From an uncultured virus (IMG/VR IMGVR_UViG_3300037657_000059) (taxonomy: Duplodnaviria; Heunggongvirae; Uroviricota; Caudoviricetes): 64,000 nt of DNA. Positions within the stretch are counted from its first letter, which is position 1. Each line of letters starts with the position of its first letter. Below the pieces are notes generated by a model. The model worked only from the letters and a program-made list of their open reading frames with translations, did no database searches and was not told where the DNA came from. A program made the position numbers and the translations under genes. Below, piece after piece: positions 18,256 to 26,849 of the stretch. Where the stretch lies: the IMG/VR virus record IMGVR_UViG_3300037657_000059, one strand, 5' to 3'.

Positions 18256-19465
18256 TCATTACTCCTTTTTCAATAGGCAGGATATTCCCTGCCATATAAT
18301 GCACATCCCCATCCGGGTATGCGCTCATGTCATCTTTTTCGCGCCCTTCATTCGGGGTCATCATGCCGTTCTGAATGCGGATCGCCATTGATTCCGCTCT
18401 GGCTTTGCTATCCATCCTGAGCAATGCTTCCCGAATGAATTTGAAATACTGCGTTCTTTGCTCATCCCGTGATAACCACCGGATTCTGGCAGCCTCTTCC
18501 CAGGGCACCAGGTAAGAATCCAGTGTTCCCTGCAGATATTCCAGATATTTCTGTTCATTGCTGTTATAGGCTTCTTTGCCCCGATTCAGCATGTGCTCGG
18601 AAAGCCCAAAGAAGTTACAAATATCACGATCATTAGCATCAATGCTTTCCAGGAACTGGGCGTCTTTCATATTCATATTGATCGGCTCAAATTTGGTGAT
18701 CTTGTCATCAAATACGGCCAATCGGTAAGCGTTTTCCGAACCCGCCATTTGTTCTTCATAAGAAGTACGAACTTTTTTTCTGGCTTCCGCATTCAGATCA
18801 CCAGACATTTGAATGTACGCAGCTGGCATCATTCCCTGGGAATACAATCGGCTCTGTGTTTTATTTGCTGCCAATTGCCTTCCAAAAGTTTCTCTGGCAA
18901 ATGTGATCACGCCACGGCCAATAAACCCGGTCGAGTCTGGATTAATCAATTGGTGCAAAATTTCAACAGCGGGAATATAAGCCACCTGGTTATTGCTGAA
19001 TGTATGCCGATACCAGAGATTCCCATCCAGATCAAAAACAGGATAAGTACGATTGGCAGGCAAGATCAATAATTGTCTCGGCCCAACACTAGGGTTCCAG
19101 ATATAGTTATTGCCATAAAACAACTGCCATTCGATCGATGCTTTCTTAAATTGAAATGGCGTCCATCCCCAGATATTCGGGCTGACGGATAATAAATACG
19201 CCATGTTCCGGGTGATCGGGTCCGCTTCCACCTGTTTGATCGAGCGACCAATTTTCTGCATCACCTGAAATGGGATTTTCGCAACATCATCAGAAATAAT
19301 ATTCTTTGCCCGATGAGCGGTTGCAATCGACTGTGATTTTTCAATCGTTACCAGTTCGCCAGCCTGTGATCGATACCCAAACGAAGGCGCATAATCTGGT
19401 CTCGGGCTGGCATTTGTATCTTCCGTAATTTTTCGATTCGAGCTCAATAATTCACTTATTAACAT
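18248..19465 (-). CDS. Portal protein, HK97 family
   Basis: DAQFLES, SNEQ, LLRMD, MTPNEGR motifs. Confidence 0.92.
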   Translation of the reverse strand: MLISELLSSNRKITEDTNASPRPDYAPSFGYRSQAGELVTIEKSQSIATAHRAKNIISDDVAKIPFQVMQKIGRSIKQVEADPITRNMAYLLSVSPNIWGWTPFQFKKASIEWQLFYGNNYIWNPSVGPRQLLILPANRTYPVFDLDGNLWYRHTFSNNQVAYIPAVEILHQLINPDSTGFIGRGVITFARETFGRQLAANKTQSRLYSQGMMPAAYIQMSGDLNAEARKKVRTSYEEQMAGSENAYRLAVFDDKITKFEPINMNMKDAQFLESIDANDRDICNFFGLSEHMLNRGKEAYNSNEQKYLEYLQGTLDSYLVPWEEAARIRWLSRDEQRTQYFKFIREALLRMDSKARAESMAIRIQNGMMTPNEGREKDDMSAYPDGDVHYMAGNILPIEKGVMNE

Positions 19466-19625
19466 GGCTCTTAACCTTTCCGATCAGCACACCCCAGCCG
19501 ATCAACATCAAACCAGCTACCACCCAGGTGACAACCAGATTCCATTGGGCCAGCCCTACCAGGATACAAATACACCCGGCCACCAGTAAAATGTCATCCA
19601 TAAAACGATTAATGAATTGGATCAT
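19452..19625 (-). CDS. Small two-TM protein upstream of the portal gene (not in ORF track)
   Basis: Translated by eye: MIQFINRFMDDILLVAGCICILVGLAQWNLVVTWVVAGLMLIGWGVLIGK... Confidence 0.65.
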   Translation of the reverse strand: MIQFINRFMDDILLVAGCICILVGLAQWNLVVTWVVAGLMLIGWGVLIGKVKSHVNK

Positions 19626-20212
19626 TGCGCCCCCTTGTACATCCCAAACAATTCAACCAACGGACCGGAGGCAGCCCGTAGTCTCTCAGGATTTATGCAG
19701 GATGCCCTGCATTCTTCAATCCACGGCCGCAAATGGTGATCCAGTGGGTAATGGAAACAGGGCACATCATGCTGATAATCGTGGAAGTATTTTCTTTCTC
19801 CCTGGTATAAATCATGGCCACACAAAATCACAGGGTCACAACCCAGCCACAATGCAAACCAGGCAGCGGTATTGGAGCTGTAAAACCCGGTCCACACCTG
19901 CACGTTGAAAACAACATCAGAAGAAGGATGAGAACTTACCCGCGTTCCAGGGAATGATTCCACTGCCTCAAACAGAATCGGGTCTGATTCGGGAAAATCG
20001 TTATAAACCATAAAATCAGGTTTACAGATCTTCATCGCGTGATAATTAACTGCAATCAAAATACAATCTTTCGGCAGCTTCTTCATATCCTCCGGAAGAC
20101 TCGGACCACCGCCCAAAATTGCAGCTGGTTTGCCCTGGTATAAATTGCGTAAGTCGCTCATCAATCTACGCATGATCAGGCCTTTTTTCCAATATGACAT
20201 TGACATTTCCAT
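19622..20212 (-). CDS. Maf/DUF115 (MptE-like, Cst-II-like fold) putative glycosyltransferase; start uncertain
   Basis: AAILGGGPSL, IAVN, PDF-x-V-x-x-D, SS..A..LGCDPVILCGHD motifs. Confidence 0.7.
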   Translation of the reverse strand: MEMSMSYWKKGLIMRRLMSDLRNLYQGKPAAILGGGPSLPEDMKKLPKDCILIAVNYHAMKICKPDFMVYNDFPESDPILFEAVESFPGTRVSSHPSSDVVFNVQVWTGFYSSNTAAWFALWLGCDPVILCGHDLYQGERKYFHDYQHDVPCFHYPLDHHLRPWIEECRASCINPERLRAASGPLVELFGMYKGAQ

Positions 20213-20248
20213 CCCTGGTAAACTGCAAAGAAATAATCTTCTTTCATT

Positions 20249-21886
20249 TCACATACCCCAATCGCCTGAGAGAATCTCTTCACTCAGATCCACATTACCT
20301 TTGTAATTCAACGCCCGGCTCATCGCATTGGCCAATGCCACAATTGGATCGATACGTTTTGTCCGAACCACAGAGTTTCCTTTGTGTTCCTTCACGAATT
20401 TCATATTGCCATTTCCATTTTTCGCGATCGATGCATTTCCAAATGTCCACCTGGCAACCTTGTCATCCAAATGACTGATCTTTCCATCCCGGAAGAGCTT
20501 TTCCAGTGCATCAATCGGGGTGGTCATATTCAAAAATGTTTGAGGAATATCTACAATTTCAAGATCCTTTTTTGCCAGCCTTTGCATCAACATAGCTGCA
20601 AAATGCATGTCTGCATCCACTTCTTTAATCTTGTATGTTCTGGATATTTCCAGGATTTTCTCCTCAAGCACCATATAATCGACTGTATTCCCCTCCGTTA
20701 CATTAATCCACCCTTCGCGTTCATATTGGTCATATGGCAAATGGTCTCGCTCGATTCTTTCCTGCATTCCTTCCCTGGGAATGTAGGACCACCACAACAC
20801 GCGCCATTCAAGCATGGTGCCCTGTGGTGGAAATAGAAGCGCTAACGAGGTCAGGTCGGTCGTGGAAGAGAGATCAACACCCATATAACAATCCAGACCC
20901 ACCAGATCCATCTGATTCCACTGCCCAATGGTCTTATCAAATAAATCCACCGGTAACCAGGTTGTCAGTTTAGTCGTGATCCATTGATTCAAGCGCAACC
21001 AGCGGAATAGTCTTTCATCTGCAGGTTTTACCCTGGCTTTCTCCGCTGCCTCTTGCACTGATTCGACAGAGATAGTCACACCCAGTGAAGGGTTGGCTTT
21101 CGCCCAATTCTCTTCGTTATAAATATCGTCTCCATCGTAGGAGAAAATAACCGGGTACCAGGTAGGATCCTTTTCACCGGCAAGAATACGCATGGCATAA
21201 TCATGCTGTTCCCAGCCAATACTGACACGATCCGGATCATCCCCGGCAGTCGTGATAATCCACCAGATCGGTTGCGCGCGCGCATCACCAGCGCCAAAGG
21301 TCATCACGTCCCACAGTTCGCGATTCGGTTGGGCGTGTAATTCATCAAAAATAACTGCAGACACATTCAAACCATGTTTGGTGAATGCCTCAGCGGAAAG
21401 CACCTGATAAAAGGATCCTGAGACTTTATCAATAATCCTTTTCTTACTGGCAACAATCTTGGCTCGTTTCTGCATGGCTGGCAGCTGATCGATCATATCA
21501 ACCGCTACATCAAAAACAATCGATGCCTGGCCACGATCGGCAGCACAACCATACACCTCACCGTTTTTCTCGCCATCGGCAAACAGATGGTAAAGCGCAG
21601 CACCGGCCGCCATTTCAGACTTGCCATTCTTCTTGGGTACTTCCAGATATACGTACTTATATTGACGGTTGCCATCCGGTTTGATGGTCCCGTACACATC
21701 CTGAATAATATTCTTCTGCCAGTCGAGCAGCTCAAAAGACTTCGCATAAAACTTGCCTTTTGTGTGTTTCAGATTCTCAAAGAACCAGACAGCCCGATCT
21801 GCGCGTTTATGATCAAACATGGCTGCAGCTCCTGCCAGGTTCAGCACCAAAACGATGATCAGAATAACAAATATAAATCTCTTCAT
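20249..21886 (-). CDS. terL: Terminase large subunit with 22-aa signal-peptide-like extension
   Basis: Walker A PKKNGKS, Walker B FDELH, ITTAG, GVDLS, RIDPIVA. Confidence 0.95.
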   Translation of the reverse strand: MKRFIFVILIIVLVLNLAGAAAMFDHKRADRAVWFFENLKHTKGKFYAKSFELLDWQKNIIQDVYGTIKPDGNRQYKYVYLEVPKKNGKSEMAAGAALYHLFADGEKNGEVYGCAADRGQASIVFDVAVDMIDQLPAMQKRAKIVASKKRIIDKVSGSFYQVLSAEAFTKHGLNVSAVIFDELHAQPNRELWDVMTFGAGDARAQPIWWIITTAGDDPDRVSIGWEQHDYAMRILAGEKDPTWYPVIFSYDGDDIYNEENWAKANPSLGVTISVESVQEAAEKARVKPADERLFRWLRLNQWITTKLTTWLPVDLFDKTIGQWNQMDLVGLDCYMGVDLSSTTDLTSLALLFPPQGTMLEWRVLWWSYIPREGMQERIERDHLPYDQYEREGWINVTEGNTVDYMVLEEKILEISRTYKIKEVDADMHFAAMLMQRLAKKDLEIVDIPQTFLNMTTPIDALEKLFRDGKISHLDDKVARWTFGNASIAKNGNGNMKFVKEHKGNSVVRTKRIDPIVALANAMSRALNYKGNVDLSEEILSGDWGM

Positions 21887-22473
21887 TTTTCATTCGGTCC
21901 ATCGTTCACATAATCGGTCACCTCATTGAGAAAGGCTTCCAAAGGATCTTCTTCTTTTTCACGCTCTTTTTGGTTTGGAGCGACTCCAGCTCGTGATCGA
22001 GGAGTGAGATATAAATGCTGTCGCATCTTGAACATCAGATCGCGTTTCCGGTCCACTCTGCCATCCAGTTTCACAATCGCATCAAAAGAAGAGGTAACTT
22101 TATTGGCCATCATGAAGGCTTCGGTCTCCTGCCCGTTCTTCAGAAACTGGCTATACTGCTTCGAGAGAAACTTGTAGATCTCCCTGGAGGTTGCCCGCAT
22201 GCCATCCAGCTCAGATACCTGCTCAGCCAGCACACAATAATCCATCAGCAAATCGAGATCCAGCCTGGTGACAATCTCGCCTTCCACGCTGCGATATTCC
22301 CGCATGACTCTGCGCCATGTTTCGGCTGCCACTTTCATATCTTTCAGCTGGGCAGGAGCATTGACCGGCAATTGACGCGATGGTCTCAATCGCGCCTCCG
22401 ATTCTTCCCGTGCCTGGCTCTCGGCGGCCGTTTCATGTCTCACAATCAGGGCTTTTGGTTTTCGGGCTGGCAT
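21883..22473 (-). CDS. terS: Terminase small subunit (P27-like)
   Basis: LYLTPRSR motif; overlaps the terL start (ATGA). Confidence 0.85.
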   Translation of the reverse strand: MPARKPKALIVRHETAAESQAREESEARLRPSRQLPVNAPAQLKDMKVAAETWRRVMREYRSVEGEIVTRLDLDLLMDYCVLAEQVSELDGMRATSREIYKFLSKQYSQFLKNGQETEAFMMANKVTSSFDAIVKLDGRVDRKRDLMFKMRQHLYLTPRSRAGVAPNQKEREKEEDPLEAFLNEVTDYVNDGPNEK

Positions 22474-22474
22474 A

Positions 22475-22891
22475 TTAACTGGATTCTCCACATTGGGAAA
22501 TTAATTCACACGGCTCTACCCCCGCGCTTGACGTCCCCTCGAGCCAAACTTTTGAACCCCCCCTCCCCTCAGACGCAGTGACCCGCGAGTGACAGGAATG
22601 ACACAGAGACTCCAGCGGACTGGACCAGAAGAGATTTACATTTCCTTTATGGGCTATGGTGTGGTGAACATCAGTGGCAGCTTCGTATCGTTCCGCTGCC
22701 ATACAAGCCTCACACCAGGGATGCTTTGACAGATGATTGATCCTGCGTTTTTGCCAGGCGCGACCATACAACCGCTGCCGTACTGGATCACGATCCACAA
22801 TCCGTGGACGCTCATGAGCAGCACAATATCCGGATGCAACCAGCTCGGGGCATCCAGGGTACTTGCAGGGTTTCTTTGGTTTATTCGGCAT
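22475..22891 (-). CDS. Packaging-associated HNH endonuclease
   Basis: CKYPGC..C-x-x-H, C-x-x-C, VHH, LCHSCHS; upstream of terS. Confidence 0.88.
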   Translation of the reverse strand: MPNKPKKPCKYPGCPELVASGYCAAHERPRIVDRDPVRQRLYGRAWQKRRINHLSKHPWCEACMAAERYEAATDVHHTIAHKGNVNLFWSSPLESLCHSCHSRVTASEGRGGSKVWLEGTSSAGVEPCELISQCGESS

Positions 22892-22892
22892 A

Positions 22893-23198
22893 TTACTTCT
22901 CCCCCATGATCAGAATATATGGTTCATACGTATTACCACCAGCAACAAACTTGACCTCAATCCTATATAAATGATTGGCAGTCAACCCTTGCACGGCTGG
23001 CAGTGTAATCACATTGTTGGCAGCCGTAGCTGAACCACTCAATACAGTGGAGCTAACATCAGTCAACCCTCCATTGATCACATCATACGCCTTGACCACT
23101 ATGCCTGTCGGATCACTACCCCAGGGAATTGTGGAGAAATTATAAACAATCGACTCATCCTCACCCTGTATGAGCTCTGAAATCTTCCTCTCTATCAA
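22893..23198 (-). CDS. Hypothetical beta-rich protein (possible fibre adaptor)
   Basis: Coupled ORF in the accessory block. Confidence 0.5.
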   Translation of the reverse strand: MIERKISELIQGEDESIVYNFSTIPWGSDPTGIVVKAYDVINGGLTDVSSTVLSGSATAANNVITLPAVQGLTANHLYRIEVKFVAGGNTYEPYILIMGEK

Positions 23199-24772
23199 TT
23201 CAATCTCCTTTCCCGCGTAGGCAATTCCAATATGTTCTCTCTTGACTGCTTCAATTCCAATCGCCTTGATCTGGCTGGTAAACTCAATGTCACAGCCACA
23301 CGCAAAAATGAGCTCATTACAGCCTCATCTATTTCAGGAACTCCGGTTAATAATCCAACTGCATTCAACTCATGCACTTGATTCAATACAGGAAAAACAA
23401 ACTTTACTGCACCGGTTGTTAAACCTTCTGTTTCCAACACATGGTTCTGGCTGATACTTGGTTCTCCAAAAGTTGGAGCGCTGGTTGTTATACTTTCTGC
23501 ATATAAACTATCTCCATCAAATATCTCACTCAATTCCGGAGTATCAAAAACAGGTATTCCTGCATTGAAACCTGTAGCAGTAAAGGCATGGATCTGATTA
23601 ATTTCAGGCACTCCTAATTCCGGTGCCCAGGTTGTGATGCCAATCGCTTCAAGATAATCAACATCCTCAGACGCTTCTTCTAATGCTGGTTCCCCGAGAG
23701 TAGGCGCCCCGGTTGTGACGCCAACCCCATTCAACACATGAATTTGACTGATGCCCGGTTCTCCAACAGTGGGAGATCCGCAATTCAAACCAATACCACT
23801 GAGACTATGTATCTGTGATATTCCAGGAGTACCCACAACAGGATTTCCAGTATCAATTCCGGTTGCTGTGCTGATGTGAACCTGCCCAATGGCCGGTGAT
23901 CCAATTGTAGGATTTCCAGCTGCGATACCATCACAGGTCAAATTATGATTTTGACTGATGGACGGTACGCCGAGTGTTGGATTACCTGTTGCAATACCAA
24001 CCGCTTCAAGATTATCTTCTGTGTCGCCTGCATGGTCTTCCAGTGTTGGAGTACCAAAATCAGGCGTTCCTGCTGTTAGCCCTGTGGCGGTTAGAATATG
24101 AGATTGTGTCAGTGTTGGTACACCTAACGTAGGATTTCCGGTTGTTATCGCTGATGGTGTCAATCCGTGAATTTGTGCAATTGCCGGACTTCCAGCGGTT
24201 GGATTTCCTGTGGCAATACCAACAGCTGTTAAATCATCTGGTACGGCTTCTATAACCGTTATTGTTGGAGTCTGACTGTATCCACCAGCCAAAACAGTAG
24301 TATCTGCTAATGTTACACGCAGGGCAATCGTATCATTATTAGCTACCGAACCGCTGGCAATGGATAACACCCATTCCATTTCGGTTACTTCGTTTGACAT
24401 TGTACCCAAAGCTGTATGAGTACCGTTTTCGTCAATACGACCAACCTCAAACGTACCACTACTTATCTGTTGGGTTGTGTTTTCGTTATCCGTGACATTA
24501 TCACTTCCAACGTAAAGAACAGCCGTTCCAGATGTAGCAGCGCTTACATATCCAGCGCCGTTCAGATTATATTGAATGATAAATTGTGGCGTGTTGTTCT
24601 GGTTTGCACCAGCCGACTCAGTAATAGCAAAACGAACCCGAAAGATTTCATCAACATTCTGTGACCAGTTCGTATTTAGATTTGCTTTCCAGGTTGCAGT
24701 CGTTTGATTGCCATTATCGTTTCTGGCTCGAAATAACGTCTGCGTCCAGGTAGGGTTTACCTTTGCTGTCAT
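23195..24772 (-). CDS. Repeat-rich fibre-like protein
   Basis: More than a dozen ~19-aa repeats L-x-A-x-GI-x-TG-x-PT-x-G-x-P-x-I-x-Q-x-H. Confidence 0.65.
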   Translation of the reverse strand: MTAKVNPTWTQTLFRARNDNGNQTTATWKANLNTNWSQNVDEIFRVRFAITESAGANQNNTPQFIIQYNLNGAGYVSAATSGTAVLYVGSDNVTDNENTTQQISSGTFEVGRIDENGTHTALGTMSNEVTEMEWVLSIASGSVANNDTIALRVTLADTTVLAGGYSQTPTITVIEAVPDDLTAVGIATGNPTAGSPAIAQIHGLTPSAITTGNPTLGVPTLTQSHILTATGLTAGTPDFGTPTLEDHAGDTEDNLEAVGIATGNPTLGVPSISQNHNLTCDGIAAGNPTIGSPAIGQVHISTATGIDTGNPVVGTPGISQIHSLSGIGLNCGSPTVGEPGISQIHVLNGVGVTTGAPTLGEPALEEASEDVDYLEAIGITTWAPELGVPEINQIHAFTATGFNAGIPVFDTPELSEIFDGDSLYAESITTSAPTFGEPSISQNHVLETEGLTTGAVKFVFPVLNQVHELNAVGLLTGVPEIDEAVMSSFLRVAVTLSLPARSRRLELKQSRENILELPTRERRLN

Positions 24773-25113
24773 GGTTTACGTTCCCATTCTCTACGTGCTG
24801 ATTTTCTCGGTAAGTATTCACTACCTGCTAACGCTCGATTATAGATTGTCTGATATTCGTTGTTTGTTACAGTTCTACCAAACAACACAACCTTATAGCC
24901 TGGATCAATCAGATAATCATATAATCCAAACAAGTCTCCACCTTCCCAATGTATACCATTCCACCAGTAATAATCGTTTGACCTCAAAAAGTGTTGACCA
25001 CAATCAGCATCTTCCTGCGCGATTACCTGAACATTGCGTTTTGGTACATCCGCTGGCAATAACTGACCATCGTTTACGGTTGTATCATCACCGTAATAGA
25101 TTACCCATTTCAT
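24769..25113 (-). CDS. Hypothetical protein
   Basis: Coupled ORF in the accessory block. Confidence 0.55.
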   Translation of the reverse strand: MKWVIYYGDDTTVNDGQLLPADVPKRNVQVIAQEDADCGQHFLRSNDYYWWNGIHWEGGDLFGLYDYLIDPGYKVVLFGRTVTNNEYQTIYNRALAGSEYLPRKSARREWERKP

Positions 25114-25490
25114 TATGCTACTGTGGGGATCCCAATATCAAAGGCAGCTAAAGTGAAGGTATTTCCATCCGTGACAACCTGCCCTGAAGATAGCGCTCCC
25201 GTTGCAAGCAATCTTGAGTTTACCGTGTCGCTGATAGCCCAATGAGATGCAGTTCCAGTTTCTGTGACTGTCCCGTCTGTAATTGCCGCTACTGTGACTT
25301 TACGACCTCCACCTGCTTTAGCACCAGGTGCGCCAATACTCAACGAGGTTTTATAGCCTGCTGATTTATTGCCATCGGTTGTTGCTTCACCAAATGTGGT
25401 AGCTTCCCCAATGGTTATGTCAAGCCGATTGGCTTCAGTGTCTAAAACATTTAACCCTAAGTCTAATACTAGATCATTTAGATATGCCAT
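25113..25490 (-). CDS. Small virion structural protein (fibre-module type)
   Basis: TGTASHWAI-x-D..LLATG-x-L..VT-x-GNTFTL motif. Confidence 0.55.
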   Translation of the reverse strand: MAYLNDLVLDLGLNVLDTEANRLDITIGEATTFGEATTDGNKSAGYKTSLSIGAPGAKAGGGRKVTVAAITDGTVTETGTASHWAISDTVNSRLLATGALSSGQVVTDGNTFTLAAFDIGIPTVA

Positions 25491-25651
25491 TATTTATTTC
25501 CTTTCATCCTGATCAACTTGGTCTCCAACTCTTCAATTCTTTCCCGGTAAAATGCCAACGCTCGGTCGTTCTTTTCATAGTCCTCTTCCAGTATCGAAAG
25601 CATCATGCGGGCATACTCCAGCTCGATCTCTAGATCCAGCTTATTCGGCAT
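25490..25651 (-). CDS. Small coiled-coil protein (MPNKLDLEIEL...)
   Basis: Homologue at 62961-63167. Confidence 0.65.
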   Translation of the reverse strand: MPNKLDLEIELEYARMMLSILEEDYEKNDRALAFYRERIEELETKLIRMKGNK

Positions 25652-26090
25652 ACTTATCCTGCGGATCTTCCTTTTTCTTTCGCAGGATCTCCACCCCATC
25701 TTTCCACTTGCTGATCTCAATGATTGATTTCTCAGCAAAACTATGGTGATGATTGATCCTTTCCAATACCAGATCCTGTTTGCTGGATATCAGCTGCATC
25801 GATTGATTCAGCAGGAATATTGATTTCTGCTGCTCTTCCTGCAATCCCTTGATAAATCGATTGGTATGCGATATCAGCTCACGTTGAAAAGAGTCCCGCT
25901 TCTCCCCTTGCGCTTCATTCCATTGACGCTGCTTCTCAGATTCTGCAGCCTGGAATATACGTTCTTTCTCCCGTGTCTCTTCCCGGACCTTCGCCAATGC
26001 ATCCTCCCGCCTGAGCAGGAAGATCACAACAACAAAAATCAAAACAGCCATTGGCCATTGATTTGCAATGCTTGCCAGAATGGTTTCCAT
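25641..26090 (-). CDS. Single-TM holin-like protein (BhlA/UviB-like)
   Basis: N-terminal TM then coiled coil; near-identical copy at 63169-63606. Confidence 0.55.
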   Translation of the reverse strand: METILASIANQWPMAVLIFVVVIFLLRREDALAKVREETREKERIFQAAESEKQRQWNEAQGEKRDSFQRELISHTNRFIKGLQEEQQKSIFLLNQSMQLISSKQDLVLERINHHHSFAEKSIIEISKWKDGVEILRKKKEDPQDKYAE

Positions 26091-26473
26091 CAATACTCTC
26101 CCCCAATATTCCCTCTGTATGTTTGATTAACTGCCCTGGCAACCAGTTGGGTGATCAAACCCTTGATTAGATCATATAAACCGGAGGCAACCAGACCGAT
26201 CGCTAAACCATAAACGCCAACGCCAAACCAGTACACAAATAGAACATACCAATCCAGGGATAGAGGCGGCCGCTCTGACATGACCATAAAGCCACTACCA
26301 AAGAACAGCCCCAAAAACAATGAAAGCACCAGCAACCCATTCCCCGTGATCAGCTGGCTACCATCCTTCTTAGTAAGGCGTTTCGCCCACTCCACCAGAC
26401 CAAAAACAACAAACAATAATGGCACACCTTTGACCGCTGCCTGCAAAAATGATGTAAAGTCCAACTCCGCCAT
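26090..26473 (-). CDS. Holin (three TM)
   Basis: GLVEWAK..GLAIGLVASGLYD motif; first gene of the late operon. Confidence 0.7.
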   Translation of the reverse strand: MAELDFTSFLQAAVKGVPLLFVVFGLVEWAKRLTKKDGSQLITGNGLLVLSLFLGLFFGSGFMVMSERPPLSLDWYVLFVYWFGVGVYGLAIGLVASGLYDLIKGLITQLVARAVNQTYRGNIGGEY

Positions 26474-26496
26474 TCCATGCTCCTTCCCCATTACAC

Positions 26497-26534
26497 AAAA
26501 AAAGACCGTCAGAAAACTAAGCTCCTGACGGTCT
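26497..26534 (-). terminator. Intrinsic terminator in the late leader
   Basis: AGACCGTCAG-loop-CTGACGGTCT plus U-tract, between promoter and holin. Confidence 0.85.
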
Positions 26535-26609
26535 ATTGCCGCTCTATGGAATTACAACGATCTATTCAATTGGATAAACCAAATCACGCGGTCAATTGCC
26601 GCTACCTGT

Positions 26610-26638
26610 ATTATACATTTTTTCTAACCGTGATGCAA
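26610..26638 (-). promoter_or_regulatory. Late promoter (sigma70-like)
   Basis: TTGCAT-17 nt-TATAAT on the minus strand. Confidence 0.8.
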
Positions 26639-26642
26639 GCGG

Positions 26643-26849
26643 TTAACATTCCCCTTTCCCCTCACTAAACACCACCGGCTTTCCCTCCACTACATGTGAG
26701 ATGCGATACACCAACCAGCGTTTCACATCGATCCTCAGGGACCCAAACCCCCCAGCATCCTTTTTCAGGATCTCCAACCGGTTCTTCAACTCCAAAGCCT
26801 GCTCTGTAGTCATTCCCAACCAATCCGCCACAATCTGCGCTTCATCCAT
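26643..26849 (-). CDS. Small protein, DUF2292/YezD-like, candidate late regulator
   Basis: Helix followed by GFGSLRIDVK..VYRI; last early gene, directly before the late promoter. Confidence 0.5.
   Translation of the reverse strand: MDEAQIVADWLGMTTEQALELKNRLEILKKDAGGFGSLRIDVKRWLVYRISHVVEGKPVVFSEGKGEC

Noticed and set aside
22495..22570. Exact cos site (also about 62520-62600)
   Set aside because: The HNH-terS-terL layout suggests cos packaging near here, but cut positions cannot be assigned by eye.
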